Origin: Pseudomonadota bacterium
Lineage (GTDB): Bacteria; Pseudomonadota; Alphaproteobacteria; Rhodobacterales; Rhodobacteraceae
Assembly (NCBI GenBank): GCA_038525015.1
Contig: JBCBID010000016.1
Coordinates: 23,389 to 87,388 of the forward strand
Reading direction: 5' to 3'
DNA: 64,000 bases
This document shows positions 10,143 to 20,233 of this stretch, one piece after another (the stretch's first letter is position 1; each line of letters opens with the position of its first letter). Made by a program: the position numbers and the translations under genes. The notes beneath the pieces were generated by a model. That model did not search any database. It had not been told where the DNA came from and saw nothing but the letters and a program-made list of their open reading frames with translations.

Positions 10143-10949
10143 ATGCGGCTGATATGTCCAAATTGCGATGCGCAATACGAGGTGGTGGATGATGTCATCC
10201 CCGTCGAAGGGCGCGATGTACAGTGTTCCAACTGCGGTCAGACGTGGTTTCAACACCATCCCGACCACATGCCCGAGCAAGAGGAAGAGGGTCCCGAGCT
10301 GGTCGATGTGGCGCCTGACGAAGACCAGCTGGCCGCCGATGAAGAGCCTGTCGAAGCGCCGGTGCCAAAGCGCCGCGAACTTGATCCAGACGTAGCGGAC
10401 ATTCTGCGGGAGGAGGCGGAACTGGAAAGCCAGGCACGTGCCACCGAGGTCGAAGCGTTGGAAAGCCAACCCGATCTCGGGCTCGACACAGCCGAGGCCG
10501 ATACCGACAAGCGGTCACGCGAGGCGCGCGAACGCATGGCCAAGATGCGTGGAGAAGAAACCGGTCCCGACCACGTCTCAGAAGAGGCGGCCACTGCGGC
10601 AGCCATTGCATCCCGCCGCGATCTGCTCCCCGATATCGACGAGATCAACTCTACCTTGCGCTCGACCAATGACCGCGAGGGAAACGAGAGCGCGCAATAC
10701 GATGAACTAAAAGAGACGGCCCAAGCCAAATCGGGTTTTCGGCGCGGATTTTTGCTGATGGTGCTGTTGGCCGTGATCCTGCTTGCCGTCTATGTGTTTG
10801 CGCCCGCCATAGCGCAATCGGTGCCGCAAGCCGATCCGTTCCTTAACGCCTATGTAGCCCAAGTCGACAATGCGCGCGTTTGGCTTGACGGCCAAGTGGC
10901 AGCGGGCCTGACATGGCTCGATAATCTGACGGCGACAGAGGGCGAGTAA
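10143..10949 (+). CDS. MJ0042-type zinc-ribbon bitopic membrane protein (ZitP-like)
   Basis: MRLICPNCDAQY...VQCSNCGQTW; acidic linker; one TM near C-terminus; divergent from ftsE. Confidence 0.85.
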   Translation: MRLICPNCDAQYEVVDDVIPVEGRDVQCSNCGQTWFQHHPDHMPEQEEEGPELVDVAPDEDQLAADEEPVEAPVPKRRELDPDVADILREEAELESQARATEVEALESQPDLGLDTAEADTDKRSREARERMAKMRGEETGPDHVSEEAATAAAIASRRDLLPDIDEINSTLRSTNDREGNESAQYDELKETAQAKSGFRRGFLLMVLLAVILLAVYVFAPAIAQSVPQADPFLNAYVAQVDNARVWLDGQVAAGLTWLDNLTATEGE

Positions 10950-10952
10950 CAC

Positions 10953-13556
10953 CTAGAAGCGGTCAAGCAATCGCTTGAGGTAGTCCAGTTCCACATCCGG
11001 GCGTTCTCCTTCGCCCGACCGACGCCGGATTTCATCCAGCAGATCGCGCGCCCGGCGATATACATCCTCGCCTTGTAACAGCCCTTCTTCGGTGCCGACG
11101 GACCCGTTTGAGCCAGGATCACGGCCCAGCGGGTCACGCGCCTCGGCGCGGCGATCGCTTTCGGACGTGCCCTGACCCTGTTGCGCGTTTTGCTGTTCCT
11201 GCTGCATCGCCTCGCCCAGCGCGCGCATCCCTTCGCGCAGCGCTTCCATGGCTTGAGACTGATTGTCGATGGCTTCTGCGAAATCCTCTTGGCGCAGCGC
11301 CTCTTCGGCACCGTCCATGGCGCGCCCCGCGCGGTCCAGAGCCTCACGAGCGGCGTCGCCCTCGGGCGTGCCCTCTCCGGGCAGGCTGCCTTGCTGGCGG
11401 CGCAATTCGTCACGCAGCGCCTGCTGCCGGTCAGCAAGTGAGCCTTCGCCCTGCCCTTGCCCCTCGGCCTGTTCGTTGCCTTCGCCACCCTGCTGATTGT
11501 CGCCCTGCTCACCCTGCCCCTCGCCACCTTGGGTGTGCTGGTTGCCCCGGCCCTGACCACCATCGCGACCCTCATTGCCTTGGCTTTCACCCGCATTGGC
11601 ACCAGGATTGAATTGTTCCTGTAAGTCGCGGAAGGCTTGGTCACTGAGCCCCTGCTGCTCGCGCAATGTTTCGGCCAGTCCCTCCATCGCCTGCTCGCCC
11701 GCGCTTTGACCCTCACCACCCTGGCCTTGGGTGATTTGCATGTTTTCCAGCATTTCCTGCAATTGTCGTAGCGCCTCTTCGGCCTCGGCCATGCGGCCCT
11801 GTTCCATCAGTTCCTGAATGCGGTCCATCATGCGCTGGATGTCATCCTGCGTCATCTGCATCTGGTTCTGGGACTGCTGCTGGTTCTCGTCGCTGTTTTG
11901 GCGGTCCAGTTCAGCCTGACGCGAGAGTTGGCGCATATAATCGTCAGTGGCGCGGCGCAACTCGCGCATCAGCTCTTCGATCTCGGCGGGGCTGGCGCCA
12001 TCACGCATGGCCTGTTCCAAGCGCTCGCGCGCACGGCGCAGACGTTCAAGCGCGTCAGATAGATCCCCTTCCTCGATCCCGAGCGCAAGGTCCCACATGT
12101 CGCGCGCGACGTCTTCCTGCTGCTCGTCCGTCAGCCCATAGCTGGCCAGCGTCTCAAGCTTGTCGATCACCCGCCGCAGGCGCAATTGATCCACTTCGCG
12201 CCGGAACACGTCATCGGGCAGGTGCGCCACAGCACGCAGAATCTGTGCCACGCGGGTGCTGTTTTGCTTGGACCAAAGTAGATCGCGGCGTTGTTCAATG
12301 ATGGATGCCGCGAGGGGGTCAAAAAAACGTCGACCCGGCAGGACCATCTTGAAGGGCTCCGTTTCCGATTGCTGTTCAGCCGCATCAAGAGCTGTCATAA
12401 CCACGGTGACGGGCAGGTTGGCCCACGGGTGTTCGGAAAAATCCTCGACCAGCGCTTCCTCGAAATCTTTGCGGTCGCCGGTAAAGGGCATGGGCAGCGA
12501 CGCGGCGATGTCCGGGCGTGGTTCGGGTGCGATGGCAAGGCCGTGACGGCGATCCACCTCGGTCAGATCAACAGCAAAACGTGCCTCGCCCGCCTCGACC
12601 CCATAGTCGTCGGACGCGGCAAAAGGCAGCGTCATCTCGCCCAGTGCAGTGGCCTCGGGGCGATCCAGTACGGCGATATTCGGAGCCACATCCGGCAACA
12701 CGGACACGGACCAGATGCGGCCACCAGGGCCGTTGATCGCAATCTCGCCGGATTGGATGACGGTAAAATCCTGTTCGGGGTCCGAAGCCGGGGGCACTTC
12801 GCCAACGCGGCCCGAGACTGTCTCAGCCACCGTCAGCGCACCTACCTCACCGTAGAGCCGCAATGTAATAAGCGACCCTGCAGGGACTTCCAGAGGTCCC
12901 TCGGCGATGTCATTCAGATAAATTGTCGGCCGCCCGGTGTAGCGCGGGCTTTCAGCCCACCCCTCCCAAACCGGTCCCGCGGCAAGGCTATCACCCGCGC
13001 CAGGTGCCATATCCGCGACTGAGCCAACGCGCCAAACCGAGCCAAAAACAAGCGCCACCCCAAAGATCAACGCCGCCACATAGCGTAGCGCATAAGGGTC
13101 GCGCCGCGCGATGCGAAGATCTGCGGGCACCGCCTGAGCTTGGGTCGCGCGTTCGGCCATGCGTGACTGGTGCGCACGCCACACGGCAGTTGATGCCGCG
13201 TCGTTGTCGCCGATGGCCTGTTCATCCATCAGTGCCTGAATCGGTCGACCGGGCAGTGTCTCATCCAGCCGGACGAGCGCCGCCTCGCGCGTGGGTATGC
13301 GGAACTTGCGCAGCGCATACACCAATGTAGCGACGGCGGCACCAGTGGCGACAACAGCCAGCGCCCAGACCAATTCCACCATAACGGTGTCTTGCAAACC
13401 CAACATGAGGAGGGCCAGAACGGCCAGAACAACCGTTGTCAGCGGCCACATGGCCTGCCAGAGCGCTTCGGCAAACATGCCTGCGCGCGTCCATGCCAAA
13501 GGCCAACGTAGAGCCTTCAGCCCACGCCGCACGTCATGTCTGGAGAAATTGGCCAT
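10953..13556 (-). CDS. TIGR02302/DUF4175 family protein
   Basis: N-terminal TMs, RDPYALR motif, long Q/G/E-rich coiled-coil tail, DPLGR and ELDYLKRLL end; position upstream context with lysA. Confidence 0.88.
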   Translation of the reverse strand: MANFSRHDVRRGLKALRWPLAWTRAGMFAEALWQAMWPLTTVVLAVLALLMLGLQDTVMVELVWALAVVATGAAVATLVYALRKFRIPTREAALVRLDETLPGRPIQALMDEQAIGDNDAASTAVWRAHQSRMAERATQAQAVPADLRIARRDPYALRYVAALIFGVALVFGSVWRVGSVADMAPGAGDSLAAGPVWEGWAESPRYTGRPTIYLNDIAEGPLEVPAGSLITLRLYGEVGALTVAETVSGRVGEVPPASDPEQDFTVIQSGEIAINGPGGRIWSVSVLPDVAPNIAVLDRPEATALGEMTLPFAASDDYGVEAGEARFAVDLTEVDRRHGLAIAPEPRPDIAASLPMPFTGDRKDFEEALVEDFSEHPWANLPVTVVMTALDAAEQQSETEPFKMVLPGRRFFDPLAASIIEQRRDLLWSKQNSTRVAQILRAVAHLPDDVFRREVDQLRLRRVIDKLETLASYGLTDEQQEDVARDMWDLALGIEEGDLSDALERLRRARERLEQAMRDGASPAEIEELMRELRRATDDYMRQLSRQAELDRQNSDENQQQSQNQMQMTQDDIQRMMDRIQELMEQGRMAEAEEALRQLQEMLENMQITQGQGGEGQSAGEQAMEGLAETLREQQGLSDQAFRDLQEQFNPGANAGESQGNEGRDGGQGRGNQHTQGGEGQGEQGDNQQGGEGNEQAEGQGQGEGSLADRQQALRDELRRQQGSLPGEGTPEGDAAREALDRAGRAMDGAEEALRQEDFAEAIDNQSQAMEALREGMRALGEAMQQEQQNAQQGQGTSESDRRAEARDPLGRDPGSNGSVGTEEGLLQGEDVYRRARDLLDEIRRRSGEGERPDVELDYLKRLLDRF

Positions 13557-13645
13557 TCATCGCGTCCCTTACCGGTGGCGGGGCCACTGCCTGTGGCGCG
13601 GGCCGCACCATAGCGCCCATACCCTTAACATAGGCGCTGATCGCA

Positions 13646-14911
13646 TCAGAGCCACCCTGGGATGCTATCGCGATTTATGATTTCGTCAAAGGTCGGGCGT
13701 GCGCGGATCACCGCGTATTGATCTTCATGCACCAGCACCTCGGGGATTAGAGGGCGGGTGTTGTACTCACTGCTCATCACCGCGCCATAGGCGCCCGCGG
13801 ACCGGAAGGCGACCAGGTCACCCGCGCCGAGCGGGGGCATCATCCGCTGCTTTGCAAAGGTATCACCCGATTCGCAGACCGGCCCCACGATGTCGTAGGG
13901 CAACTGATCTGTGCCGGGTGCGGGTTCGATGACCGGTACGATGTCGTGATAGGCTTCATACATGGCCGGGCGGATCAAGTCGTTCATGGCGCCATCAAGG
14001 ATCAGGAAGTCGCGACCTTCACCAGACTTCACGTAGATCACTTCGCTGACCATCAACCCGGCGTTGCCTGCGATCAGGCGGCCCGGTTCGATCTCGACCT
14101 CGCAGCCAAGATGCCCAACGGTCCGCTTGATGAGCGCACCGTAATCGGTGGGCAATGGCGGTGCGTCGTTCGACCGGGTGTAAGGGATACCCAGACCACC
14201 GCCCAAATCAAGGCGGCGGATGTCATGACCATCTTCGCGCAGTTGCACGGTCAGTTCGGCAACTTTCTGGTATGCGAGTTCGAATGGGGCAAGATCGGTC
14301 AGCTGCGAGCCGATATGGACGTCGATGCCAATCACGTCGAGGTGCTCCATAGTGCCTGCCATGGCGTAGACTGCGCGTGCACGGGTAATTGGAATACCAA
14401 ACTTGTTCTCGGACTTGCCGGTGGCGATCTTGGCATGCGTCTTGGCGTCCACGTCCGGGTTCACGCGAATGGTGATGGGGGCACGCACGCCCACCTCGCC
14501 CGCGATCCGATTCAACTCCGCCATCTCGGGCTCGGATTCGACGTTGAACTGGCGGATGCCCCCCTTCAGCGCCATGCGGATTTCATCCGCGGTCTTGCCC
14601 ACCCCGGAAAAGACGATCTTTTCGCCCGGCACCCCTGCGGCTTTGGCGCGCTGGTATTCGCCCCCTGACACCACATCCATACCGGCACCTGCCTGCGCCA
14701 ACGTCTTCAGGATCGCCTGATTGCTCGCCGCCTTCATGGCGTAGCACACCAGATGGTTCATACCGTCAAGCGCTTCGTCAAACAGCGTGAAATGGCGCAA
14801 CAACGTCGCGGTCGAATAAACGTAAAAGGGCGTGCCCACGGCAGCCGCAATCTCGGCGACGGGCACATCTTCGGCATGCAAGACACCGTGGCGATAGAGA
14901 AAGTGATCCAT
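13646..14911 (-). CDS. lysA: Diaminopimelate decarboxylase
   Basis: YAMKAASN, HIGSQ, LDLGGG, EPGR, GPVCESGD, GAYG. Confidence 0.97.
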   Translation of the reverse strand: MDHFLYRHGVLHAEDVPVAEIAAAVGTPFYVYSTATLLRHFTLFDEALDGMNHLVCYAMKAASNQAILKTLAQAGAGMDVVSGGEYQRAKAAGVPGEKIVFSGVGKTADEIRMALKGGIRQFNVESEPEMAELNRIAGEVGVRAPITIRVNPDVDAKTHAKIATGKSENKFGIPITRARAVYAMAGTMEHLDVIGIDVHIGSQLTDLAPFELAYQKVAELTVQLREDGHDIRRLDLGGGLGIPYTRSNDAPPLPTDYGALIKRTVGHLGCEVEIEPGRLIAGNAGLMVSEVIYVKSGEGRDFLILDGAMNDLIRPAMYEAYHDIVPVIEPAPGTDQLPYDIVGPVCESGDTFAKQRMMPPLGAGDLVAFRSAGAYGAVMSSEYNTRPLIPEVLVHEDQYAVIRARPTFDEIINRDSIPGWL

Positions 14912-14948
14912 AACCGTCGCGTTTATCGGGCGCGCGGCGAAGGATCAA

Positions 14949-15257
14949 TCAGGTGGAGGGGCGTGACCGCAAAAACAGGTACAGCGGCAGGCCGCAACTG
15001 ACCCCGATGCAGAACGTCGCTGGGATTGCAATCAGGTCAAGCCACGTCCGGCGCTTGATCACTTCGGCAATGATCCAGACGGTCAATGCCACGGCTGCGA
15101 CGGTCAGGTCCCAAACCAGCCCGCTGGTGGCCGCATTCACGTGCCACGCATCCACCATAGCCATGATGTCCCAGGTGTTGGCCTGAAACCAGCTGATGAA
15201 ATAGTACATCGGGTGAATGGCGCCCCAGATTGCAAGCGCCAGATAGATCATACGCAT
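14949..15257 (-). CDS. Small membrane protein (DUF2834-like)
   Basis: Three hydrophobic segments; WDLTVAA and GVSCGLPLYLFLR pattern. Confidence 0.75.
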   Translation of the reverse strand: MRMIYLALAIWGAIHPMYYFISWFQANTWDIMAMVDAWHVNAATSGLVWDLTVAAVALTVWIIAEVIKRRTWLDLIAIPATFCIGVSCGLPLYLFLRSRPST

Positions 15258-15260
15258 GGC

Positions 15261-15437
15261 TCAGAACAGGCTCACACCCACCGCAAGCGGACCACGGCTG
15301 ACACCGACAGTGCCCCCGGCATGAACACCACCTGAACCGACGCCGATGGTCACGCCGCCATGGGGCTGGACCGGCTCACCATCCGCCCCACAGGCGGCAA
15401 GCGCCAGCAGCGACAGCACACACAGAACTCGGATCAT
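15261..15437 (-). CDS. Small lipoprotein co-transcribed with argH
   Basis: [22 protein letters not shown] lipobox; ATGA overlap with argH stop. Confidence 0.75.
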   Translation of the reverse strand: MIRVLCVLSLLALAACGADGEPVQPHGGVTIGVGSGGVHAGGTVGVSRGPLAVGVSLF

Positions 15438-16825
15438 GTGATATCCTTTCTCCACCGGGCAATCTGCGCACGAACCTGATCCGGCGCAGTGCCGCCATAA
15501 CTTGTACGCGATGCCACAGAATTTTCCACGCTCAAAACGGCAAAAACATCTTCGGTGATGCCGTCATGCGCCGATTTCATCTGATCCAACGTCAGATCGG
15601 GCAGGTCTTTGCCTTCCGCCTCGGCCAGCGCCACAAGGCTGCCGGTGATGTGGTGCGCATCGCGGAAGGGCAAGCCCAACACCCGGACTAACCAATCAGC
15701 AAGGTCCGTAGCGGTTGAAAACCCGGACCCGGCGGCCGAGGCCAGACTGTCACGGTTGGCGGTCATGTCCCGCACCATCCCGTCCATTGCCGCAAGCGCC
15801 AGCATCCAGTTGTCGGCAGCGTCGAACACCTGTTCCTTGTCTTCCTGCATGTCCTTGGAATAGGCCAGCGGCAGCCCCTTCATCACCATAATCAGCGCGG
15901 TATTGGCGCCAAAGACGCGGCCCACCTTGGCCCGGATTAGCTCGGCCGCGTCCGGGTTCTTCTTTTGCGGCATGATGGACGAGCCCGTCGAAAACCGGTC
16001 CGACAGGGTCACAAACCGGAACTGGGCCGAGGACCAGATCACCAATTCTTCAGCAAAGCGGCTCAGGTGCACCGCACAAATGCTCGCCGTGCTTAGAAAC
16101 TCCAGCGCAAAATCCCGGTCGCTCACCGCGTCCAGGGAGTTGGCGGCAGGCTGGTCAAAGCCCAAAGCCTCCGCCGTCATCTGCCGATCAATCGGGAATG
16201 AGGTACCTGCCAGCGCCGCAGCCCCCAAGGGCGATGTGTTCATCCGCGCCCGCGCATCGCGCACACGGGACAGGTCGCGGCCAAACATCTCGACATAGGC
16301 CATCATGTGATGGCCCCACGTCACTGGCTGTGCGGTCTGCAAATGGGTGAAACCGGGCATGACCCAATCGGCCCCTGCCTCTGCCTGATCCAAGAGCGCC
16401 GCGATCAGCGACAAGAGCGCCCCTTCAGCGGCATCGAACTGATCGCGCACCCACAGCTTGAAATCGGTCGCCACCTGATCGTTGCGCGACCGCCCGGTGT
16501 GCAAACGGCCCGCGGGTTCACCAATCACCTCTTTCAGCCGCGCCTCCACGTTCATGTGAATGTCTTCGAGCGCGGTCGAAAACTGAAACGTGCCCGCTTC
16601 AATTTCTGACAAGACCGTGAGCAGCCCTTCCCGGATGGCCTCCACGTCCTTATCACTCAGGATGCCGGTGGCGCCTAACATGGCGGCATGGGCCCGTGAA
16701 CCTGCGATGTCTTGGGACGCCATGCGCTGGTCAAATCCGATCGAGGCATTAATTGCCTCCATAATCGCATCTGGCCCGGCGGCAAAACGCCCCCCCCACA
16801 TTGCATTAGCGGATTTATCGGACAT
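15434..16825 (-). CDS. argH: Argininosuccinate lyase
   Basis: [37 protein letters not shown]. Confidence 0.97.
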   Translation of the reverse strand: MSDKSANAMWGGRFAAGPDAIMEAINASIGFDQRMASQDIAGSRAHAAMLGATGILSDKDVEAIREGLLTVLSEIEAGTFQFSTALEDIHMNVEARLKEVIGEPAGRLHTGRSRNDQVATDFKLWVRDQFDAAEGALLSLIAALLDQAEAGADWVMPGFTHLQTAQPVTWGHHMMAYVEMFGRDLSRVRDARARMNTSPLGAAALAGTSFPIDRQMTAEALGFDQPAANSLDAVSDRDFALEFLSTASICAVHLSRFAEELVIWSSAQFRFVTLSDRFSTGSSIMPQKKNPDAAELIRAKVGRVFGANTALIMVMKGLPLAYSKDMQEDKEQVFDAADNWMLALAAMDGMVRDMTANRDSLASAAGSGFSTATDLADWLVRVLGLPFRDAHHITGSLVALAEAEGKDLPDLTLDQMKSAHDGITEDVFAVLSVENSVASRTSYGGTAPDQVRAQIARWRKDIT

Positions 16826-16846
16826 GAACGTGCCACCTTGAGGAAG

Positions 16847-17416
16847 ATGATGAAAAAGCTTGTTACCGCAGCCCTCTACATGGCCCTGAGCGTGGGCGCA
16901 ATTCCTGCCCTGGCTGACACATCGGCGGCCGAGGCCCTGCGTGATGGCGATATGAAAAAGCTGATCTTCCACGGGATGCCCCAGGCGGTGTCGAACCAAG
17001 CCTTTGACTTGGCCGACGGGGCAGGCGAAGGGACACTTGCCGACTACGAAGGTAAACACGTCCTGGTTAACTTCTGGGCCACATGGTGCGCACCCTGCCG
17101 CCACGAAATGCCCATGTTGTCCGAATTGCAGGCCGAGTTTGGCGGTGATGACTTCGAGGTCGTGACCATCGCCACGGGCAGGAACAACCCTGCCGCAATC
17201 GTGAAATTCTTGGAAGAGATCGGCGCCACGAACCTGCCCCGCCATCAGGACCCCAAGCAAAAGCTGGCAGCGCAGATGGCGGTGTTCGGTCTGCCCATCA
17301 CCGTTCTGATCGACCCCGGCGGCCGTGAGATCGCACGCTTAAGGGGGGATGCAGATTGGTCCTCGGATAGCGCCAAAGCGATTATTGCATCGCTGATTGG
17401 CGCCGAAAGCAGCTAG
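16847..17416 (+). CDS. tlpA: TlpA-family thiol:disulfide oxidoreductase
   Basis: [16 protein letters not shown]; signal-like N-terminus; GLPITVLID; divergent from argH. Confidence 0.9.
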   Translation: MMKKLVTAALYMALSVGAIPALADTSAAEALRDGDMKKLIFHGMPQAVSNQAFDLADGAGEGTLADYEGKHVLVNFWATWCAPCRHEMPMLSELQAEFGGDDFEVVTIATGRNNPAAIVKFLEEIGATNLPRHQDPKQKLAAQMAVFGLPITVLIDPGGREIARLRGDADWSSDSAKAIIASLIGAESS

Positions 17417-17562
17417 AACGCCAGCGCACCGACATCAAGCGTCAACATTGTGCTGCGTTTGTGCACACGCAAACAAAGCCCTTCTGCCGACTGGGTGACG
17501 CCACGCAAGGCTTGACGAACCGGTGCGCGTACCACTGGAATGCCAGCAAGGAGGAACGCGTT

Positions 17563-17952
17563 GTGCCCTTGCACATCCTGGTGGTCTTGGTGGTTTTTGG
17601 CATCGCGGGCATCACGCTCGCCTTGCACCTGCTTGGTCTGTCCCGCACAGCACCCTTCGCGGATGGGACAGCGCGCGCTGCTTGGCTGCGGGCGTACCCA
17701 GATGATGAAATCTTGAGCATTCAGATCACCCGCGAGGGACACGTGGCGCGGATCACCACCACGCAAGGCAAAGGCATTCTTTGGCAAATGGGCACACACG
17801 ACTGTGCCCGCCGTCTGAACGGTCAAGAAACGCTTACCTGCAAAGCCGGTGGCGCTGTGCTGCACCTGAACGACTATGCGGCACCCCGCGTCCGACTGGC
17901 GCTGTCCTCCTCCGAGCAAACAGAGTGGCAGACCTGGATCGTGTCAAGCTGA
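17563..17952 (+). CDS. Hypothetical membrane-anchored protein
   Basis: GGAGG RBS before GTG 17563; N-terminal TM; TGATG coupling to next gene. Confidence 0.7.
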   Translation: MPLHILVVLVVFGIAGITLALHLLGLSRTAPFADGTARAAWLRAYPDDEILSIQITREGHVARITTTQGKGILWQMGTHDCARRLNGQETLTCKAGGAVLHLNDYAAPRVRLALSSSEQTEWQTWIVSS

Positions 17953-18878
17953 TGGCAGACCTCACTTACCCGGATATTGTACAACTGGCCGTTCCTTTTT
18001 TCATCGCGGCCATCGGTATCGAACTAACGTGGATTGTAGTGAAAGGCCGCGGCGGGCAATACGAAACTCGCGATGCTGTCACCTCGCTGATCATGGGTGC
18101 GGGCAATGTCGCGTCCGGCATCTTGTTGGGCTTCATTGCCTGGGGCTTTTTCATGTGGCTTTGGGCCCTGACACCGTTCGACCTTGGCACCAGCGCCTGG
18201 GTGGTACTGGCTTGCTTTGTCCTCGATGACCTGCGCTACTACTGGGTGCACCGGTTCGGGCATCGTATCCGCTGGGTTTGGGCCAGCCATGTGAACCATC
18301 ACTCGTCACAACACTACAATCTGACCACCGCTTTACGACAATCCTGGACCGGCACCTTTACTTTCATGATGGTCGTCCGCGCACCCCTGATTCTGATTGG
18401 TTTCCATCCAGCGATGGTTCTGTTTGTCGGCGGCCTCAACCTGATCTACCAGTTCTGGATCCATACCGAAGCCATCGGGCGGCTACCGCGCTGGATCGAA
18501 AACATCATGAACACTCCAAGTCATCATCGGGTGCACCACGGACGCAACGCGCGCTATCTCGACGCAAACTATGCCGGCGTCTTCATCATCTGGGACAAGA
18601 TGTTCGGTACATTTGTGCCGGAACGCGACAGCGAAAAACCCGATTACGGGCTCGTACAGAACCTGGGGACCTTCAATCCGATCCGCGTGGCCTTCCATGA
18701 GTGGGTCAGCTTGTGGAAGGATGTCACGCAGCGGGGCCTCACAATGAAGGAACGCGCCAGATACGCAGTCGCCCCACCTGGCTGGAGCCACGATGACAGC
18801 CGGGACACATCCGAGCAGATCAAGGCCAAGCATCTTGCGCGCGCACCCGACGACAAGGGCACGCCAGGCTTCACCTGA
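17952..18878 (+). CDS. Sterol desaturase/fatty acid hydroxylase family protein
   Basis: His boxes YYWVHRFGH, HVNHHSS, QFWIHT, HHRVHH. Confidence 0.9.
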   Translation: MADLTYPDIVQLAVPFFIAAIGIELTWIVVKGRGGQYETRDAVTSLIMGAGNVASGILLGFIAWGFFMWLWALTPFDLGTSAWVVLACFVLDDLRYYWVHRFGHRIRWVWASHVNHHSSQHYNLTTALRQSWTGTFTFMMVVRAPLILIGFHPAMVLFVGGLNLIYQFWIHTEAIGRLPRWIENIMNTPSHHRVHHGRNARYLDANYAGVFIIWDKMFGTFVPERDSEKPDYGLVQNLGTFNPIRVAFHEWVSLWKDVTQRGLTMKERARYAVAPPGWSHDDSRDTSEQIKAKHLARAPDDKGTPGFT

Positions 18879-18881
18879 TTG

Positions 18882-18938
18882 TTCTTCTCTGTTTCCAAAA
18901 ATCCTGGGGGCGCGCGATAGCGGCGAGGGCAAAGCCCC
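18882..18938 (+). repeat. REP-like intergenic element
   Basis: TTCTTCTCTGTTTCCAAAAATCCTGGGGG...GGGC-AAA-GCCC directly after a stop codon; same architecture as 4807-4852. Confidence 0.5.
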
Positions 18939-18974
18939 TTGAAAACTGGCGTCGCGCGCAGCGCGCCCTTGGGA

Positions 18975-20039
18975 TCAGGCGGCGTAGTGCAAAACCGCAG
19001 CTTCACTTGCGCTCAGGCTTCGACGCGCGTGATTGCCATATGCGTTCGGATCAGCCTCTAACATCGGCATCTGTGCCAACAAACGGGTACGATCCCCCTC
19101 GGTCAGCAAAGACAACGCGGCATTTGCAGGATGGAAGCTCTCGGTCTCGACCCCGTTTGCGCGCAGGATTTCATGGCGTGGCAAGAGTAGATGTACGTAA
19201 GTGACCTCGCGCTGCCGTTGCGCCACGGTGATTGACTGGCCATTGACCAGGTCCTTGGCGGCAACCAGCACTTCAGGTGTGTTGAACAGTTCGCGGGCCA
19301 CGGCACCCTTGACCAAGATGCGATGATCCGGCGACACGACAAGCGGATGGCGTGGATGTTCCCCGCCCAAGGCACCACGCTCAAGGCGCACAGGGCGCAA
19401 GTGCGGCATTGCAAATAGCCGCGCGCCCGTCATACGTCTACTTCCCACCCACAATATCTCTTGCGCGCCGCTGTCTTGCGTTTGAACGCTGTCACCCTCA
19501 CGCAGGTCCTCAATAGCGCGTGGCCCATTTGGCGTATCGATCAGCGTGCCAGGTGTGAAGCATATGACACCTCCACGCTGTTCGTCCTGATCCCTTTCTT
19601 CATCCTGGCGAAAGGCGTGGTGCACCACCCAAAGGTCCACGCCCCGCGGCGGAATATCGTCAAGGAACATCAATAGGGGCTGGCGGTGCTTACCAAGATC
19701 GATCACCGTTACAGTAAAGCTCTTTGTGCCATCGGTGACGACAAAGCTGCTGTCGGTCATAAACGCTGGGCCCTCGCCGGTCGCCGGGGGCGGAGATCGC
19801 CGTTCAAGTGCGGTGCCAACCAGATTGTGCACCGACCGCGCCGCCTGCCGCCGCATCTCCTCTTGCCCATCTGCCCCGTCCAGTCGCAACACATTCTGCG
19901 GACCGTCTACGCGCACCACCTCGCCGCGCCACATCCACGAAGCCCCTACGACCAAAGCCGACAGCGGTGCGCCCCTAAGGCCGTCCAGTTCTGTTTGCGT
20001 CCAGGAGATGACAAACGTGCCACGAAAGCCCGCGTTCAT
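18975..20039 (-). CDS. Hint (bacterial intein-like) domain protein
   Basis: GGVICFTPGTLIDTPNG.R.IEDL..GD.V.T.D.G.Q.I.W; VSPDHRIL; YVHLLL.RHEIL.ANG..TESF. Confidence 0.9.
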   Translation of the reverse strand: MNAGFRGTFVISWTQTELDGLRGAPLSALVVGASWMWRGEVVRVDGPQNVLRLDGADGQEEMRRQAARSVHNLVGTALERRSPPPATGEGPAFMTDSSFVVTDGTKSFTVTVIDLGKHRQPLLMFLDDIPPRGVDLWVVHHAFRQDEERDQDEQRGGVICFTPGTLIDTPNGPRAIEDLREGDSVQTQDSGAQEILWVGSRRMTGARLFAMPHLRPVRLERGALGGEHPRHPLVVSPDHRILVKGAVARELFNTPEVLVAAKDLVNGQSITVAQRQREVTYVHLLLPRHEILRANGVETESFHPANAALSLLTEGDRTRLLAQMPMLEADPNAYGNHARRSLSASEAAVLHYAA

Positions 20040-20209
20040 TGCCTGTTTACCTGCCTTTTGTTTCTTGTTGCCGAAAGATTAGCAAACCAGACCACTCCTG
20101 TGAAGCGGGGCTCTTCAAACAGTTCCAATGTGTTGCATGGCGCAACTGATGTTGATGGATTGATGCAACCGCGCGTGTTTGGAATTCTGCATTGTGCTCA
20201 CCCTTATAG

Positions 20210-20233
20210 TTCTATAATTCGCAAATTATGGAA
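20210..20233 (+). promoter_or_regulatory. Putative ArsR operator overlapping a TATAAT -10 box and the start codon
   Basis: TTCTATAATT-CGCA-AATTATGGAA (10-4-10, one mismatch); TATAAT at 20213-20218, ATG at 20228. Confidence 0.6.

Noticed and set aside
15434-17260. 608-aa ORF as full-length argH
   Set aside because: The extension overlaps tlpA on the other strand; the conserved ArgH N-terminus begins at ATG 16825.
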